Below, piece by piece: positions 29,693 to 32,000 of a DNA stretch of 32,000 nt. This stretch comes from Wolbachia endosymbiont of Cimex lectularius (GTDB taxonomy: Bacteria; Pseudomonadota; Alphaproteobacteria; Rickettsiales; Anaplasmataceae): assembly GCF_000829315.1 (NCBI RefSeq), contig NZ_AP013028.1, positions 990,001 to 1,022,000 on the forward strand, given 5' to 3'. The notes below the pieces were generated by a model, which ran no database searches, had not been told where the DNA came from, and worked only from the letters and a program-made list of their open reading frames with translations. A program made the position numbers and the translations under genes. Each line of letters begins with the position of its first letter. The first letter of the stretch is position 1.

Positions 29693-32000
29693 CTAACAAA
29701 CCTCAGTAGGGTGTCCAGTTGGGCCCATAAGAACTATTTGTTCACCTTCTTTGAAGTACTTACACAAATTAGTGGAACCACCGGTTTCAAGTACAATAGT
29801 GGAAATAATTCCTTTTTTTTTGTCTACTTCAGTGCCAGTTACAGCTATACCTTCCATAGCAAGGCTTGTGGCTTTTCTGTTGTTAGTTTCAAAACTTTGC
29901 AATCTAAAGAATTGGCCAGGCTTGAAATTTTTTGCAGCAAGTGGTGCTTTGATCACTATTTCTACTACTCTGTCAGTTAAATATTGAACTTTTATGACTT
30001 TTGCAGTGAACTGTTCTTTGATCTTATTGAAGAATTCTTCACTTGCCAGGTGTTCTGGCGTCATTCCAGCGCATAACACTGGTTGGTTAGTTGTTTGGAT
30101 AACTCCATTCAAAAGCTGGGAAATGATAGGGTAGCCGTTTTTGGCACTTGCCATAGCTTTCACAACACTACCACTATATGAAGGATGAAGATCACCGAAG
30201 AAACTAATTGCTTTACTGCCTTGCTTATACACTAATATTCTATCTTTATTTTGCATCTTAGGAGAGAATATTGGATCTACTTCTTCCCCTGATGAACTCA
30301 GGTGAGCGAAATATCCATTGCTTAATTTAAAATGCTTTCTATCTTCCGTTGCAATGACTGTATTTGGCTCAGTACCCACTGCTATAAGAACAGAACGTGC
30401 TTTTATACACTTGACTTTGTGAGACTTTGTGTCTATCAGTTTTATCGATTCAGCATGGTTATACTTACCCGTCACAAATTCAACTGGCTCTAGGTTTTCG
30501 ATAAAGTAAATCCCTTCTGACAGTGCGTTTTGCACCTCCTCACTATTTAGTCGGTAACTTGGTGAACTTTTTAGCTCTTTTCTATATACAACTTTCACTC
30601 CCCCTAAACTCTGCATTAACTCCAATATTTTTGCTTCTCTGTTCTCTTTTTTTGCTAATTCTTTCTCTTTTTGGATCGACTGTGCGTGCAATATAAACTC
30701 ATTCGCAATTTCACGTTCTTCTTCTGTCCAATCTTTTTCAACGTAGTCTTTCCCATATTTACCAACCAATGTCTCGTAGCGAAGAAGAAATTTTTCTACT
30801 TGAATCGGATAATACGCTAAAGCTTCAGTGGCAGTATCAATTGCAGTAAGTCCCGCGCCTATAACAACTATTGGCATGCGAATTTGCAGATTTGCTATAG
30901 AGTCAGATTTAAGAGCACCACTGAGTTGTAATGACATTAGAAAATCAGATGCCATGCGCACCCCACGAGCTAACATGTTTTTTATCTTGATTATTCGTGC
31001 TTTACCAGAGCCAAGCGCTAGGGCTATGTGGTCGAAACCAAAATTGAGCACATCACTAACAGTTACTGTGCCACCAAAGCGAATGCCTCCATAAGACGCA
31101 AAATTTTTGCGTCTTTCTAGTAATAATCTAATAATCTTTAAGTAATTCTTGTTCCACCGAGAAGTAATACCATATTCTGCTACTCCACCAAACCCACTGG
31201 CTGTACGCTTACTCAATTTTTCATGCTTGAAATCTCTGATCGGCTGAAAATTATCAATCAGAGGTTCTATCTTTAATCCATCGATGGCGATAACATTATG
31301 TCCATCATTCAACAGATGATGAGCTAAATTAAAACCAGCAGGACCAAGGCCTACAACCAGGACATTTTTTCCAGTGTTTTCTTTCGGCAACGGCCGCTGA
31401 AAATTTAAAGGATTCCAACGACTAAGCAGAGAATATATTTCAAATCCGTATGGCAAACTGAGCACGTCATCCAAAACTCTTGTTTCAACCATTGGCACAT
31501 TCACAGGCTCTTGTTTTTGATATATGCACGAATTCATGCAATCATTGCATATTCTGTATCCAGTGGCTGCACATAATGGATTATCTATCATCACAATTGC
31601 AAGGCTGGCTATACTGTACCCTTCACTTTTTACCAGATTCATTTCTGATATTTTCTGCTCCAGTGGGCAGCCGTGCAGTTCAACTTTAAGTGGAGATTTT
31701 TTAAAAATCTCGCTTGGTTGACAAAATGTGGCGCTAGAATCTGCGTATTCTTTCTGGATCCCAGTGTCAGCCACTCGGATAACAGATGGCTGCAACCCTT
31801 TTGAGCAGCTGTCCTTATTTTGCTTATGACAAAATATGCAGTAGTGAGCATTATCTAATGCTTTATCTAAACCCACCCTTTCACTTGTTAGATCAAAACC
31901 ATATCGTCTTTTTACTTCATTTGAATACAGAACTTCAATCTCATCCACTTCTTTTTTAGAGAATGATACGAGATTTTCATAATCGATTTTTTTATGAGTA
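29693..32000 (-). CDS. Large FAD/NAD(P)-dependent oxidoreductase (GltD-like core plus C-terminal ferredoxin-reductase-type FAD domain); 5' end outside window, 3' end apparently truncated
   Basis: VLVVGLGPAGFNLAHHLLNDGHNVIAIDG, VIGAGLTAIDTATEAL, HCIFCHK/Cys-rich N-terminus. The frame stays open from 31948 (a GTG) to base 32000, so the listed start is not the true start. It ends GPTGHPTEVC* without the NAD-binding half. Confidence 0.8.
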   Translation of the reverse strand, partial: THKKIDYENLVSFSKKEVDEIEVLYSNEVKRRYGFDLTSERVGLDKALDNAHYCIFCHKQNKDSCSKGLQPSVIRVADTGIQKEYADSSATFCQPSEIFKKSPLKVELHGCPLEQKISEMNLVKSEGYSIASLAIVMIDNPLCAATGYRICNDCMNSCIYQKQEPVNVPMVETRVLDDVLSLPYGFEIYSLLSRWNPLNFQRPLPKENTGKNVLVVGLGPAGFNLAHHLLNDGHNVIAIDGLKIEPLIDNFQPIRDFKHEKLSKRTASGFGGVAEYGITSRWNKNYLKIIRLLLERRKNFASYGGIRFGGTVTVSDVLNFGFDHIALALGSGKARIIKIKNMLARGVRMASDFLMSLQLSGALKSDSIANLQIRMPIVVIGAGLTAIDTATEALAYYPIQVEKFLLRYETLVGKYGKDYVEKDWTEEEREIANEFILHAQSIQKEKELAKKENREAKILELMQSLGGVKVVYRKELKSSPSYRLNSEEVQNALSEGIYFIENLEPVEFVTGKYNHAESIKLIDTKSHKVKCIKARSVLIAVGTEPNTVIATEDRKHFKLSNGYFAHLSSSGEEVDPIFSPKMQNKDRILVYKQGSKAISFFGDLHPSYSGSVVKAMASAKNGYPIISQLLNGVIQTTNQPVLCAGMTPEHLASEEFFNKIKEQFTAKVIKVQYLTDRVVEIVIKAPLAAKNFKPGQFFRLQSFETNNRKATSLAMEGIAVTGTEVDKKKGIISTIVLETGGSTNLCKYFKEGEQIVLMGPTGHPTEVC
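31755..31790. repeat. Palindromic repeat fragment inside the oxidoreductase coding sequence
   Basis: Minus-strand CTGTTATCCGAGTGGCTGACACTGGGATCCAG closely matches intergenic CTGTCATCCAAGTAGCTGACACTGGAACCTAG near 5843-5875; translated within LQPSVIRVADTGIQKE. Confidence 0.75.

Noticed and set aside
29711-31851. Multiple ORFs overlapping the oxidoreductase
   Set aside because: Opposite-strand or out-of-frame shadows of a well-supported protein.
1-32000. CRISPR arrays, rRNA or tRNA genes, transposases or phage structural genes
   Set aside because: On reading I saw no regularly spaced identical repeats, no rRNA blocks, no convincing tRNA cloverleaf and no transposase-like ORF. A tRNAscan-SE/Infernal run would be decisive for small RNAs.

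Overview
This window reads as an AT-rich Rickettsiales chromosome segment, very probably Wolbachia, judged from protein content, the VirB6 array and the intergenic palindromic repeats. The core is a type IV secretion operon on + (about 9578-24270): virB3, virB4, four tandem large VirB6-family genes and a co-directional small acidic ORF. Three of the four VirB6 proteins start with lipoprotein-like signal sequences and share a W-x-D-[ST]-G motif near the N-terminus. Housekeeping genes flank it: bacterioferritin, SURF1, a Kef-type antiporter, a thioredoxin-like protein, thymidylate kinase, class I lysyl-tRNA synthetase, methionine aminopeptidase, aspartate-semialdehyde dehydrogenase and a large GltD-like oxidoreductase. 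Several loci look decayed: an outer-membrane antigen gene split by a frameshift, a small ORF with one in-frame TAA, a Bcr/CflA-like MFS gene with a nonsense codon plus a frameshift, and the oxidoreductase, which ends exactly where a repeat begins. Intergenic DNA is full of dispersed repeats. The most notable is a ~0.54-0.55 kb inverted pair (24306-24845 / 29122-29673) that brackets map-asd-MFS and abuts the truncated oxidoreductase. A palindromic repeat resembling the protein-coding Wolbachia palindromic elements also lies in frame inside the oxidoreductase. I see no convincing wholly new system. The best leads are the lipoprotein-like VirB6 N-terminal domains, the uncharacterised gene at the operon end, and the repeat architecture.
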